From Micrococcales bacterium (GTDB lineage: Bacteria; Actinomycetota; Actinomycetes; Actinomycetales; Microbacteriaceae): a DNA stretch of 64,000 nucleotides. Shown piece after piece: positions 9,733 to 18,585 of the stretch. The notes under the pieces are model-generated. The model had not been told where the DNA came from. It was given only the letters and a program-made list of their open reading frames with translations, and made no database searches. The position numbers and the translations under genes were made by a program. The DNA lies in contig JAHEGC010000011.1 of the NCBI GenBank assembly GCA_024639965.1, positions 12,263-76,262 of the forward strand, in the 5' to 3' direction. Numbering within the stretch: the first letter of the stretch is position 1; the number at the start of each line of letters is the position of its first letter.

Positions 9733-10742
9733 TGGCAGGCTTCGCTCGAGTCGTCGTTCATCTCGGCCCCATGAAAACCGGGACCTCGGCGTTCGCCGCT
9801 CACCTTTCGATGGCGTCACTCGATGGCACGCTTCCACGAAACATCATTTATCCGGTCAACGACCACTGGTTCCCAGCGACCAGCAAAATCGTCAAGCACC
9901 ATGATCTCGTCGAAATTGCGCCATTCGTGCAGCCCGACGGCACCGTCCACGAGCGACGCACCACCGTCACTCCGGCGATGGTGGAGGAAAAATTGACCGA
10001 GGTGGCACATGAAGCGCGCCGCCGCGGCGACACAACAGTGATCCTCGTCTGTGAATTGGCCGACCAATTGGCCGATCCCGAGCAATTAGGCGCCCGATTG
10101 AGCGCAATCTTCGACAAAGTCGACTTCGTCATCGTGGCGCGACAGCAAGCGGAAGCTTTGCCGTCACTGCTGGGCCAGCAGGCGCGCATGTGGAAGCGCA
10201 AGCAGGTTCGTTCGCTCCGCATTGCACCGTTCCTTCGGTACCACCTCACACAACATTCCTATGACTACTCCTATTTGTGGTCGAAGTGGGCGCGCAAGGG
10301 TTCCACGTATGGCCTTCACTTTGTTCCCTACGTCAGCGGCTCCGGCGGGGGAAACGCACTGAGCCAGAACATTTTCGACCGACTCGGCTTGGGAACCTAC
10401 CCACTTCATCCAGAACTCGTGGCCGGCCCACGCATTCACACCTCGTTCTCGCGCCTCGGGATGCACATGTTGATTGGCGCCAAACGGCTGGAGCGTGCAA
10501 TCGGGTGGCTCCCCGGCGGATCGCGCCTCGCCGAGCGAGTCTTCGAGCGGTTCTTGGGCTTTTGCCACGCGCAACCCCGTCGTCAGGGCGATAAATTCGT
10601 TCCGTGGCGCCTGTCGCAGGGGGACCGTCGAAAGGTCGTTGACGCCTATCGGGGGTCCAACAGCCGTTTCCGGGTCTCCATGGGAACCGACGCGTCCACC
10701 CCCGACTGGACCGCTTGGTTCGACACGGTGGAGGCGTCATGA
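9732..10742 (+). CDS. Sulfotransferase-fold paralogue 3 (divergent family)
   Basis: ATG 9732 overlaps the upstream TGA (TGATG). Motifs: VVHLGPMKTGTS, VARQQAEALPS (R-x7-S) and C-terminal PDWTAWF. Confidence 0.55.
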   Translation: MAGFARVVVHLGPMKTGTSAFAAHLSMASLDGTLPRNIIYPVNDHWFPATSKIVKHHDLVEIAPFVQPDGTVHERRTTVTPAMVEEKLTEVAHEARRRGDTTVILVCELADQLADPEQLGARLSAIFDKVDFVIVARQQAEALPSLLGQQARMWKRKQVRSLRIAPFLRYHLTQHSYDYSYLWSKWARKGSTYGLHFVPYVSGSGGGNALSQNIFDRLGLGTYPLHPELVAGPRIHTSFSRLGMHMLIGAKRLERAIGWLPGGSRLAERVFERFLGFCHAQPRRQGDKFVPWRLSQGDRRKVVDAYRGSNSRFRVSMGTDASTPDWTAWFDTVEAS

Positions 10743-12076
10743 CTCGGTCACGGTCGTCGGTTCCCTTCGTCCTTGACGTGACGTCGGTTTCTGCACTCAA
10801 TTTCACGACCGGGGTCCAGCGCGTCGTTCGCGAATATCTCCGCGTCAACCGCACGGCGGTCGATCTAGTACAGTACGACCACAAGAGTGACACGTGGCGT
10901 GTGATTCCCGAACTTCCCACCTTGGTCACGCGCGAACGCGACGGCGCCGCCGCACGGGTTCGCGTTCTTGCGGAGAAATCCTCGAGCGCCATGGTGCGTG
11001 AGGTGATGCGCCCGCGATTGAAGGCGTTCCTCCGCGAGCTCCCATTCGCCCGTCGCGGATACGAGTGGTGGAAACAGGTCAATGCACGACACCTGCAGGC
11101 ACAGAAAGTCGTTCAAACCTACAAGTTGTCACAGCAGCCGGAATGGCAGCCGAAGGCGGGACAAACGTATGTGATGCTCGACTTGCCGTTGCGCAAAGAG
11201 CACGCGATGGCGATGGAGGATCTCTTCCGTCGGCCCGAGGTGAAGTCGATGGTGTATCTCCACGATCTTTTCCCACTGTCGCACCGCCACCTGTTCGATC
11301 GCGCGGGACATCAACGCGCGCGAACCCTGCACCTCATGTACCTCGACGCGGTCGCTCGAGCCGACGCGGTGGTCGCGAATTCGAAATTCACTCTCGGACA
11401 ATATCGAGATTTCTGCCGCGTTCTCGAAGAGAACTCTTACGAAACGCAAAAGACCGCGGTTGTGCACCTTCCTTGGCCGCACCTGGCGAAGTCGGGTGTT
11501 CCGAACCCCGGAATCGCGAACGTGATGTTCGGCTCGGCGGCGCTCGCGGTGCTGTTGATCGGTCAACTCGATAAGCGCAAGAACTTCCAGGTCGTCGTTC
11601 GAGCGGTCAAGACGTTGATCACCGAAGGTGTCGACGTCCGTCTCGGTATCCTCGCGGGGTACTCCACGCTGACTGACGACGTGCTTAAGGCGGAACTCGA
11701 CGAGTGCACCGACGAGCAACGATCGAGAATCTCAATCGAGGGTGTCGTCACCGATGAGGAACTCGTCGCGATATACGACGCCGCTCACGTGGTCGCTGTC
11801 CCGTCGGTCGCCGAAGGATTCGGACTTCCCGTGATCGAGGCGTTGAGTCGAGGCAAGCGTGTGGTGGCGTCCAGGGCGTCGGCACTGACTGAACTGGGCG
11901 ATGTCTTTGGACACGATGCTGTCACGGTCGTGGACCCCTACGATTCTGACGAATGGGCGAAGAAACTTCGTGCCACCGCGAAACGGGCACCACTCGCTCC
12001 GATGGGCATTCCCGCGTCGATCCCCTCCGATTGGGCGGATTTCCATGCGCGGCTTCTCGCCGTCGCGTCGAGCTAA
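10739..12076 (+). CDS. Glycosyltransferase family 4 (GT1-clan, retaining)
   Basis: ATG 10739 overlaps the upstream stop (ATGA). N-terminal FVLDVTSV...TGVQRVVRE and C-terminal VPSVAEGFGLPVIEAL (E-x7-E type). Confidence 0.8.
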   Translation: MTRSRSSVPFVLDVTSVSALNFTTGVQRVVREYLRVNRTAVDLVQYDHKSDTWRVIPELPTLVTRERDGAAARVRVLAEKSSSAMVREVMRPRLKAFLRELPFARRGYEWWKQVNARHLQAQKVVQTYKLSQQPEWQPKAGQTYVMLDLPLRKEHAMAMEDLFRRPEVKSMVYLHDLFPLSHRHLFDRAGHQRARTLHLMYLDAVARADAVVANSKFTLGQYRDFCRVLEENSYETQKTAVVHLPWPHLAKSGVPNPGIANVMFGSAALAVLLIGQLDKRKNFQVVVRAVKTLITEGVDVRLGILAGYSTLTDDVLKAELDECTDEQRSRISIEGVVTDEELVAIYDAAHVVAVPSVAEGFGLPVIEALSRGKRVVASRASALTELGDVFGHDAVTVVDPYDSDEWAKKLRATAKRAPLAPMGIPASIPSDWADFHARLLAVASS

Positions 12077-12987
12077 TCCTCTTCTTCGTCGGCGTCGAAC
12101 CCGTCCGGGCGCACCGCGCGGGCGGCCATGTTGGCGACAACCTCGGCGACCGTGATGAGTTTGAAGATCGATCGCATCGACAATGCCATGAGGACCAGCA
12201 GGAGCTTGTTGAACGCCTCGTCGACTCCCGACTCGACGTACATCCACGATTCGATGAACGCCGCACCGAGGGACAGAGGAAAGACGACGGCGAGGAGTGG
12301 CCAAATGATCGTGAATCGCTGCACGGGAAGCTTCGCGCGAAGGAGCATACGCTCGGTGTGTACGTGGATTTCGGTTTCCGCCTCGGCGTTACCCGCCGCC
12401 ATTAGTTCGTCGTGCATTTTGGCGTGAGCGACATCATTCTGTTCGAAAACCACGAGCCATTTCTTGACCGCTATGGCGAGATAGAACACGACCGACAGCA
12501 AGATAACCGAGATGATGATCGCCGACGGAATGTAGTTGTAGAGGAACAACGCGACGATGACTCCGAGCACGGTACCGACCGCCGTGGCAAGAAGCATCGT
12601 ACGGCCGAGCAGACGACCGCGCGCCATCATCTTCCACCGTCGTTGCTGATTCGTCATCGTGTCGGAGGACGTTCCGAGTTCGGCGAGCGAGATCTTTTTG
12701 AGGTTGAGGGTGTTGCGGCGTCGAAGGAAGTAGCGCAAGAGCCGCTGACCGTAGCCAGTGACCACCGCGGCGGACAATGCGATCAGCGCGAAGTCCCACG
12801 GCGGAAGCGCCCGCAACGCTCGGGAGAACGACAGCAGCCACGAGAACTGACGGATCCACTCCGGCACGTCGTTCGCTAGCAAAACACCGAGCAAGTAAAG
12901 GCCCGAAAAGCTCAACACGAACCCGATGAGGGTACGAATCGCAATCTCCCCGCCGAATCGGCGGGTGAGGAACAGTAGTTCGGGCAT
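12073..12987 (-). CDS. Hypothetical 6-TM membrane protein with acidic C-terminal tail
   Basis: 304 aa with about six hydrophobic helices, a charged central loop (KKISLAELGTSSDTMTNQQRRWK) and the tail DGFDADEEED. The ATG lies 5 nt downstream of the cysNC stop on the same strand. I recognise no family. Confidence 0.6.
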   Translation of the reverse strand: MPELLFLTRRFGGEIAIRTLIGFVLSFSGLYLLGVLLANDVPEWIRQFSWLLSFSRALRALPPWDFALIALSAAVVTGYGQRLLRYFLRRRNTLNLKKISLAELGTSSDTMTNQQRRWKMMARGRLLGRTMLLATAVGTVLGVIVALFLYNYIPSAIIISVILLSVVFYLAIAVKKWLVVFEQNDVAHAKMHDELMAAGNAEAETEIHVHTERMLLRAKLPVQRFTIIWPLLAVVFPLSLGAAFIESWMYVESGVDEAFNKLLLVLMALSMRSIFKLITVAEVVANMAARAVRPDGFDADEEED

Positions 12988-12992
12988 AGCGC

Positions 12993-14810
12993 TTAGATTC
13001 GACGGGCGAGAATCAGCCCGAGGAGCGTTTGCACGGACTCGTTCACGGGCTGTTCACCGTCGAGAGTGACGTCCGCGGCGAGCGGGGCTTCGTAACCCTG
13101 TCCGACACCCGTCATCTGCATCGTCGAATCCGCTTGGCTGCGGGCGTAAAGACCCTTCGGGTCGCGCTGCATGCAGACCTCGAGCGGAGTGTCAACGAAG
13201 ACCTCGAAGAAGTCGCCCTCGGCGAATCGTTCCTTCGCCATTTCGCGGTCTTCGCGGAACGGCGAGACGAGCGACACGATGACGACGAGTCCGGCTTCCA
13301 TCATGAGCTCGGCGACGCGCGCAACGCGACGCACGTTCTCTTTACGGTCTTCCGGCGAGAATCCGAGATCCTCGGAAAGGGTCGAGCGAACGGTGTCCCC
13401 GTCGAGGGTCGTCGAGCGAATGCCCATGGTCATGAGTGTCTTTTCGAGTTCGTCGGCGACGGTCGACTTTCCCGATCCGGGAAGTCCGGTGAGCCACAGA
13501 ACGCAGGAGCGGAGTCCGTTGAGTGCTTCGCGCTCGGCACGGCCGACAGCGAAGTCGTGCTTGACGACATCCGATTCACGAACGAGCGGGTGCTTCGACA
13601 TTCCCGCCGCGACGGTCATCGCGGTGAGTCGGTCAACGAGGATGAATCCGCCGGTGTGCATCGACTCCGCATACGGGTCGAGCAGAATGGGGCGGTCGGT
13701 GACAATCTCGACGCGACCAATCTCGTTCACCTCGAGGGCGTGGCCGCGGGCCTGCTCGCCGGTCGTGATGTCGCGAACGTAGCGAACGGTTTCTACGCGC
13801 GCGGGAACCTCGATCGGTCCGGCACGAAGAATGTACGACGCCTGGGGGTCGAGCGGCTTCGTATCAATCCACACCATGTCGGCGAGGTGAGCGCGCGACG
13901 AGGGCACCTCACCCTTCGCCCCGACGATGACGTCACCACGAGAGATGTCAACCTCGCGGTCGAGCGTGATGTGAACAGCTTGACCTTCGGCTGCATCCTT
14001 GGACTCGTTCGGAGCGTAGATCCCCTCGACGACGGCCTCGGTGAGGGCGGGCCACACGCGAATGGTGTCGCCAACCTTGACCGATCCGCGGGCGATGGTT
14101 CCCGAATACCAGCGGACGATGCCCGCCTTGGAAACAAACTGAACCGGGAGACGAAGCGATCCGTCGCCCGCCGAGTGGGAGAACGTGCGCTTCTGGTCGA
14201 GCGTGTCAAGAATCGTGACCTTGTCCGCCCACGCCATGTTCTCGGACGGACGGGTGACGTTGTCTCCCGTGAGTCCCGAAACGGGGATGAAAGTGAGATC
14301 CTCGAAGCCAAACTGGTCGAAGCGACGGGTCAGTTCCTCGACGATTCCGTCGAAGACACCCTTGTCGAAACCGACCGCGTCCATCTTGTTGACCGCGACG
14401 ATGATGTGCTTGACGCCCATGAGCGAGTTGATCGCGGCGTGACGGACCGACTGGTCGCGAACACCCTTCGCGGCATCGACGAGAAGAATTCCCATGTCGG
14501 CCTCACTCGCGGCCACGGCCATGTTGCGGGTGTATTGCTCGTGACCGGGCGAGTCGGCGAGAATCGCGCGGCGACCCGAGGGGAGATAGACGTGGCGGTG
14601 TGCCACATCGATCGTGATGCCCTGTTCGCGCTCGGATTCAAGACCGTCGGTCAGTTGCGAGAAGTCGACCTCGCCGTTCGACAGGCGACGGGTGTTGTCG
14701 ATCTCGTCGAGCGGGACCGAGTTGGTCTCGACGAGGAGTCGACCGAGCACGGTGGACTTTCCGTCGTCGACGGCTCCACAAACAACGATGCGAACGAGTG
14801 CGTCGGACAT
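12993..14810 (-). CDS. cysNC: Bifunctional sulfate adenylyltransferase subunit 1 / adenylylsulfate (APS) kinase
   Basis: N-terminal GTPase (GAVDDGKST, DSPGHEQY, NKMD). C-terminal APS kinase (LTGLPGSGKST, LDGDTVR, DLGFSPEDRKENVRR, DPKGLYA). Confidence 0.92.
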   Translation of the reverse strand: MSDALVRIVVCGAVDDGKSTVLGRLLVETNSVPLDEIDNTRRLSNGEVDFSQLTDGLESEREQGITIDVAHRHVYLPSGRRAILADSPGHEQYTRNMAVAASEADMGILLVDAAKGVRDQSVRHAAINSLMGVKHIIVAVNKMDAVGFDKGVFDGIVEELTRRFDQFGFEDLTFIPVSGLTGDNVTRPSENMAWADKVTILDTLDQKRTFSHSAGDGSLRLPVQFVSKAGIVRWYSGTIARGSVKVGDTIRVWPALTEAVVEGIYAPNESKDAAEGQAVHITLDREVDISRGDVIVGAKGEVPSSRAHLADMVWIDTKPLDPQASYILRAGPIEVPARVETVRYVRDITTGEQARGHALEVNEIGRVEIVTDRPILLDPYAESMHTGGFILVDRLTAMTVAAGMSKHPLVRESDVVKHDFAVGRAEREALNGLRSCVLWLTGLPGSGKSTVADELEKTLMTMGIRSTTLDGDTVRSTLSEDLGFSPEDRKENVRRVARVAELMMEAGLVVIVSLVSPFREDREMAKERFAEGDFFEVFVDTPLEVCMQRDPKGLYARSQADSTMQMTGVGQGYEAPLAADVTLDGEQPVNESVQTLLGLILARRI

Positions 14811-15784
14811 CAGAAATACCCCTCGTGCTTCTTGCGTTCCATGGACGAAGCGCCCTTGCCGTCGATGAGTCGACCGGCGCGCTCCGAGGTAGTTGACCGC
14901 GAGAGTTCGTCGATGATCTCGTCGAGCGAGCTCGCTTCACCTTCATCGGCCGCGGTGAGCGGGTAGCACCCGAGGGTGCGGAAACGGATGCGGCGCATGA
15001 CCGTCGACTCGCCCGGCTCGAGCGGGTAGCGGTCGTCATCGATCATGATGAGCTGGCCGTTGCGCTCGATGGTCGGGCGCTCCGCCGAGAAGTAGAGCGG
15101 GACGACTTCGAGATTCTCGCGACGGATGTACTTCCACACGTCGAGCTCGGTCCAGTTCGAGATGGGGAACGCGCGCATCGTCTGGTTCGGCTTGAGCGTC
15201 GAGTTGACGGTGTGCCAGAACTCCGGGCGCTGGCTCGACGGGTCCCAGGCGTGGCCGGGCTCGCGGAGGCTGAACATGCGCTCCTTGGCGCGCGAGCGCT
15301 CTTCGTCACGGCGAGCTCCACCGAGAGCGACGTCGTACCCGCCCGCATCGAGTGCGGCGCGGAGCGCGACGGTCTTCATCAGGCGGGTGTACTCGTCCGA
15401 ACCGTGAGTGAAGGGGGTGATTTTGTCGCCGCGACCGTCGGGGTTCGTGTACACGACCAAGTTGAGGTTGTTGTCGCGCGCAATGCGGTCGCGGAACTCG
15501 ATCATCTCGCGGAACTTCCACGTGGTGTCGATGTGGAGGACAGGGAAGGGAACGGGGGCGGGGGCGAAGGCCTTCACCGCGAGGTGAAGCAGAACTGTCG
15601 AATCCTTACCGATCGAGTAAAGAATGACGGGGTTCTGGAAAGCGCTGGCGGCCTCGCGAATGGCCCAAATCGCCTCGGCCTCGAGTGCGTCGAGGACGGC
15701 GTTTTCGTCGTTCGTGGTCTTGGCATTCACGGAATCAAGCCTACCGTCTCTGACCCTCGCCACCCGTTCCCCTCCATCAATCAT
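14810..15784 (-). CDS. cysD: Sulfate adenylyltransferase subunit 2
   Basis: PAPS-reductase-fold ATP sulfurylase small subunit (YSIGKDSTVLLHL, GARRDEERSRAKER, RFRTLGCYPLT). Its stop overlaps the cysNC start, and its start overlaps the permease stop by 8 nt. Confidence 0.9.
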   Translation of the reverse strand: MIDGGERVARVRDGRLDSVNAKTTNDENAVLDALEAEAIWAIREAASAFQNPVILYSIGKDSTVLLHLAVKAFAPAPVPFPVLHIDTTWKFREMIEFRDRIARDNNLNLVVYTNPDGRGDKITPFTHGSDEYTRLMKTVALRAALDAGGYDVALGGARRDEERSRAKERMFSLREPGHAWDPSSQRPEFWHTVNSTLKPNQTMRAFPISNWTELDVWKYIRRENLEVVPLYFSAERPTIERNGQLIMIDDDRYPLEPGESTVMRRIRFRTLGCYPLTAADEGEASSLDEIIDELSRSTTSERAGRLIDGKGASSMERKKHEGYF

Positions 15785-16601
15785 CGATCGCGAGACCGCG
15801 ATTTCGGCGAATTCGACGCGAAATCGACCCGAACACGCCGTCGACGATCATGCCGATGATGAGGATGACAATCATCGTGGCGATGAGCTCCGGAACCTTC
15901 GACATCTGACGAGCGAAGTCGAGCGTCGTACCGAGCGACGGCGTCTCGGCGATGATGACGAGAAGTTCACCCGCCATCAAGCTTCGCCACGCGAACGACC
16001 AACCCTGCACGAGCCCCGCGACGTAGGTGGGAAGCGCCGCGGGGAGAACAATGTCCCGGTACAGGGCGATGGGGCCAGCGCCGAGCACACGACCGAGCCG
16101 TGTGAAAGCCGGCGGCACGTGGTCGATTCCCGCGATGACGCCGTTCGCGATGGATGGCCCAGCGCCGAGCACAACGACGAAGAGGATTGCTTGCTCGTTG
16201 AGTCCGAACACGAGAATCGCGAGCGGGAACCACGCAATCGACGGCATGACCTGGAGTCCCGTGATGACGTTTCCCACGGCGAGGCGGAGCGGCTTCACGC
16301 GCGCGACCGCAATTCCGACGATGGATCCGAGAACGAGGGCCAGAATGAATCCGGTACCCGCGCGGGTCATCGTGGTTTTCACCGCGAGCCAGAAGCGTTC
16401 GGTTCCCACCATTTGATAGAGCGCTCCGAAGGTGTCACCCGGAGACGGCAACACGTAGCTCGGGCGCCAGCCGGAAAGAAAGAGCGCCTCCCACGCACCG
16501 ATGACCAGCGCGATGGCGAAGAGCTTCGGCCAACCCCACGACCAGGCGGCCGCGAGGCGTGCGCCGGCAGTGCGAGTGGCAGCGATGACGGTTTCGCTCA
16601 T
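15777..16601 (-). CDS. ABC transporter permease, NitT/TauT (aliphatic sulfonate/taurine-type) family
   Basis: 274 aa, about 6 TM, BPD_transp_1-like core. Overlaps the ATPase gene by 4 nt. Confidence 0.8.
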   Translation of the reverse strand: MSETVIAATRTAGARLAAAWSWGWPKLFAIALVIGAWEALFLSGWRPSYVLPSPGDTFGALYQMVGTERFWLAVKTTMTRAGTGFILALVLGSIVGIAVARVKPLRLAVGNVITGLQVMPSIAWFPLAILVFGLNEQAILFVVVLGAGPSIANGVIAGIDHVPPAFTRLGRVLGAGPIALYRDIVLPAALPTYVAGLVQGWSFAWRSLMAGELLVIIAETPSLGTTLDFARQMSKVPELIATMIVILIIGMIVDGVFGSISRRIRRNRGLAIDD

Positions 16602-17359
16602 GAGTCAGCTCCTTGAAGAACGGCCTGGCCGGCCTTGAGTCGGTTGGTGAGATCGGCGGCGCGCGTGGCGATGTCATTAGAGTCCATCTCGCGGGGTCGG
16701 GCCAGCGGAACGGACTGTTCGTGTACCACCCTCCCCGGCCGGCTTCCCATGAGAATGACGCGGTCGCCGAGGCGAACCGCTTCGCGCATGTTGTGCGTGA
16801 CGAACACGACCGTGAGGTTTTGGTCGCGCACGATGCTCTCGATCTCGTCGTGGAGATGATCGCGAGTCATCGCGTCGAGCGCTCCGAGCGGTTCATCCAT
16901 GAGAACAATGCGTGCACCTTGCGCAAGGCAACGCGCCAACGCGACGCGCTGCCGCATCCCACCCGAGAGTTCGTGCGGGCGTTTGTCGGCCCATTCGCCG
17001 AGGCGAACGATTGCGAGCAGTTCGTTGACACGTGTTTCACGGTCGGCGCGAGGAACTCCGGCGTAGGCGAGGGCGAGTTCGATGTTCTTGCGAGCGCTTA
17101 GCCACGGAAGCAAGGTCGCCTCCTGGAACATCAGTGCGACCTTGCCGTTGACGGTGATGGTTCCCGAGGTCGGCTTATCGAGCCCCGCGAACAGGTTGAG
17201 GAGCGTCGACTTGCCACAGCCCGATGCTCCAACGATGGTGACGAATTCTCCCGCGCGAATTGTCATGTCGACACCGGAGAGCGCGACGGTTGCCGCGCCC
17301 TCCGGGCCGAATGACTTGGTGACGCTATCCGCGCGGAGAATGATCTCCGCGTTAGCCAT
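16598..17359 (-). CDS. ABC transporter ATP-binding protein (SsuB/TauB-like)
   Basis: Walker A GASGCGKST, signature LSGGMRQRV, Walker B IVLMDEP, H-loop VTHNM. Confidence 0.88.
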   Translation of the reverse strand: MANAEIILRADSVTKSFGPEGAATVALSGVDMTIRAGEFVTIVGASGCGKSTLLNLFAGLDKPTSGTITVNGKVALMFQEATLLPWLSARKNIELALAYAGVPRADRETRVNELLAIVRLGEWADKRPHELSGGMRQRVALARCLAQGARIVLMDEPLGALDAMTRDHLHDEIESIVRDQNLTVVFVTHNMREAVRLGDRVILMGSRPGRVVHEQSVPLARPREMDSNDIATRAADLTNRLKAGQAVLQGADS

Positions 17360-18435
17360 TACTGAATCGCATCCTCTCCGCGCTCGGCACGAACCGCGTT
17401 GAGCAGGTCGAGCGAGTAGAGCGTTCCCGGCAAGCCGCCGGCGGCGTCGATGCCCGACTGCTCGAGGAGCCCAGCGGACACGGCGTGTTCGGCCGAGGTC
17501 ACGAGGGTGTCCTTGAGCGGGTCAGCGGTGAACGTCACGTTCTCCCACGCCGCGTCGAGAATGGCGGGGTCGATCGACGAGCCGGTGAGGCCGGCGAGGG
17601 CGAGGTTGACGGCGTCCTTGGCGGCCGCGGGGTCACTCGCGATGAGGTCGAGAGCGGCGAGGTGCCCCTTGATCAACGCGGTCACCGCGTCGGGGTGCTG
17701 GTCGATGAAGTCGGTGCGGCAGAGGATGACGGTCGTGACGAACTCACCGTTCGGCCACAGATCGGCTTCGTTCTGGAGAACGTGTGCACCGTTCGCGACG
17801 AACGACGACACCCAGGGCTCGGGAACCCACGCGCCGTCGATGTCCCCCGACGAGAACGCGGCGAGTGCGTCGGAGTTCGACTGGGGCTTGATGGAGACAT
17901 CTCCGCCCCCGTCGACGTCGGCGGTGAGTCCCTGATCGGTGAGCCAGTTCCGCGCCGCGACATCCTGAGTGTTCCCGAGTTGCGGTGTGGCGATGGTCAA
18001 GCCAGCAAGATCGGCGGCGGTGTTGACCCCGTCACGCACAACGAGGGCAGCCCCGCCCGAGGTGGAACCGGCAACAATTCGAACCGCCGCACCCTCGGAC
18101 TGAACGTACGCATTGATCGCGGGGTTCGGCCCGATGTATGAGCAATCGAGCGAATCGGCGAAGAGCGCGGTGACAACATCCGGACCAGCGTTGAACGCGG
18201 TCGGGGTAAGGGTGAGGTCGAGCGCCTTGAGCTCGGTCTTGAACAGACCCTTTTGTGTAGCGATGAGGCCCGGGGCGTGCGTGAGGTTGGGAAAGTACCC
18301 AAGGCGAACCGTGGTGATCTCTGGCACAGCGGGGGAGTCATTCGTGGTGGGTGAGGTCGTCGCACAACCGGCGACGGCAAGAGCGGCGACGGTCGCGAGT
18401 GCGATCGAAGCCCCAAGACGGGAGTTGTTTTTCAT
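17359..18435 (-). CDS. ABC transporter substrate-binding lipoprotein (SsuA/NMT1-like)
   Basis: Signal peptide with lipobox LAVAGC. The NMT1/THI5-like periplasmic binding fold is inferred from context and length. Confidence 0.75.
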   Translation of the reverse strand: MKNNSRLGASIALATVAALAVAGCATTSPTTNDSPAVPEITTVRLGYFPNLTHAPGLIATQKGLFKTELKALDLTLTPTAFNAGPDVVTALFADSLDCSYIGPNPAINAYVQSEGAAVRIVAGSTSGGAALVVRDGVNTAADLAGLTIATPQLGNTQDVAARNWLTDQGLTADVDGGGDVSIKPQSNSDALAAFSSGDIDGAWVPEPWVSSFVANGAHVLQNEADLWPNGEFVTTVILCRTDFIDQHPDAVTALIKGHLAALDLIASDPAAAKDAVNLALAGLTGSSIDPAILDAAWENVTFTADPLKDTLVTSAEHAVSAGLLEQSGIDAAGGLPGTLYSLDLLNAVRAERGEDAIQ

Positions 18436-18585
18436 GTTGTCCTTTCCGATAGTTTGTCTATCGTGTTAGTAGAGAATATAGACAAGATGGGGAAACGTGT
18501 CAAGTCGGCACGGACGGCGTGTGTCGGCGCGCCAGGTTGCCGTAACATTGAGGAGAAATTTCCCCTTCGAAAAAGGATTAGTAAC

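Noticed and set aside
13029-14966. 645-aa ORF on the plus strand opposite cysNC/cysD
   Set aside because: Its translation is low-complexity and rich in Arg, Gly, Asp and Val. It is antisense to a gene with unambiguous GTPase and APS-kinase motifs. This is a typical high-GC antisense artefact.
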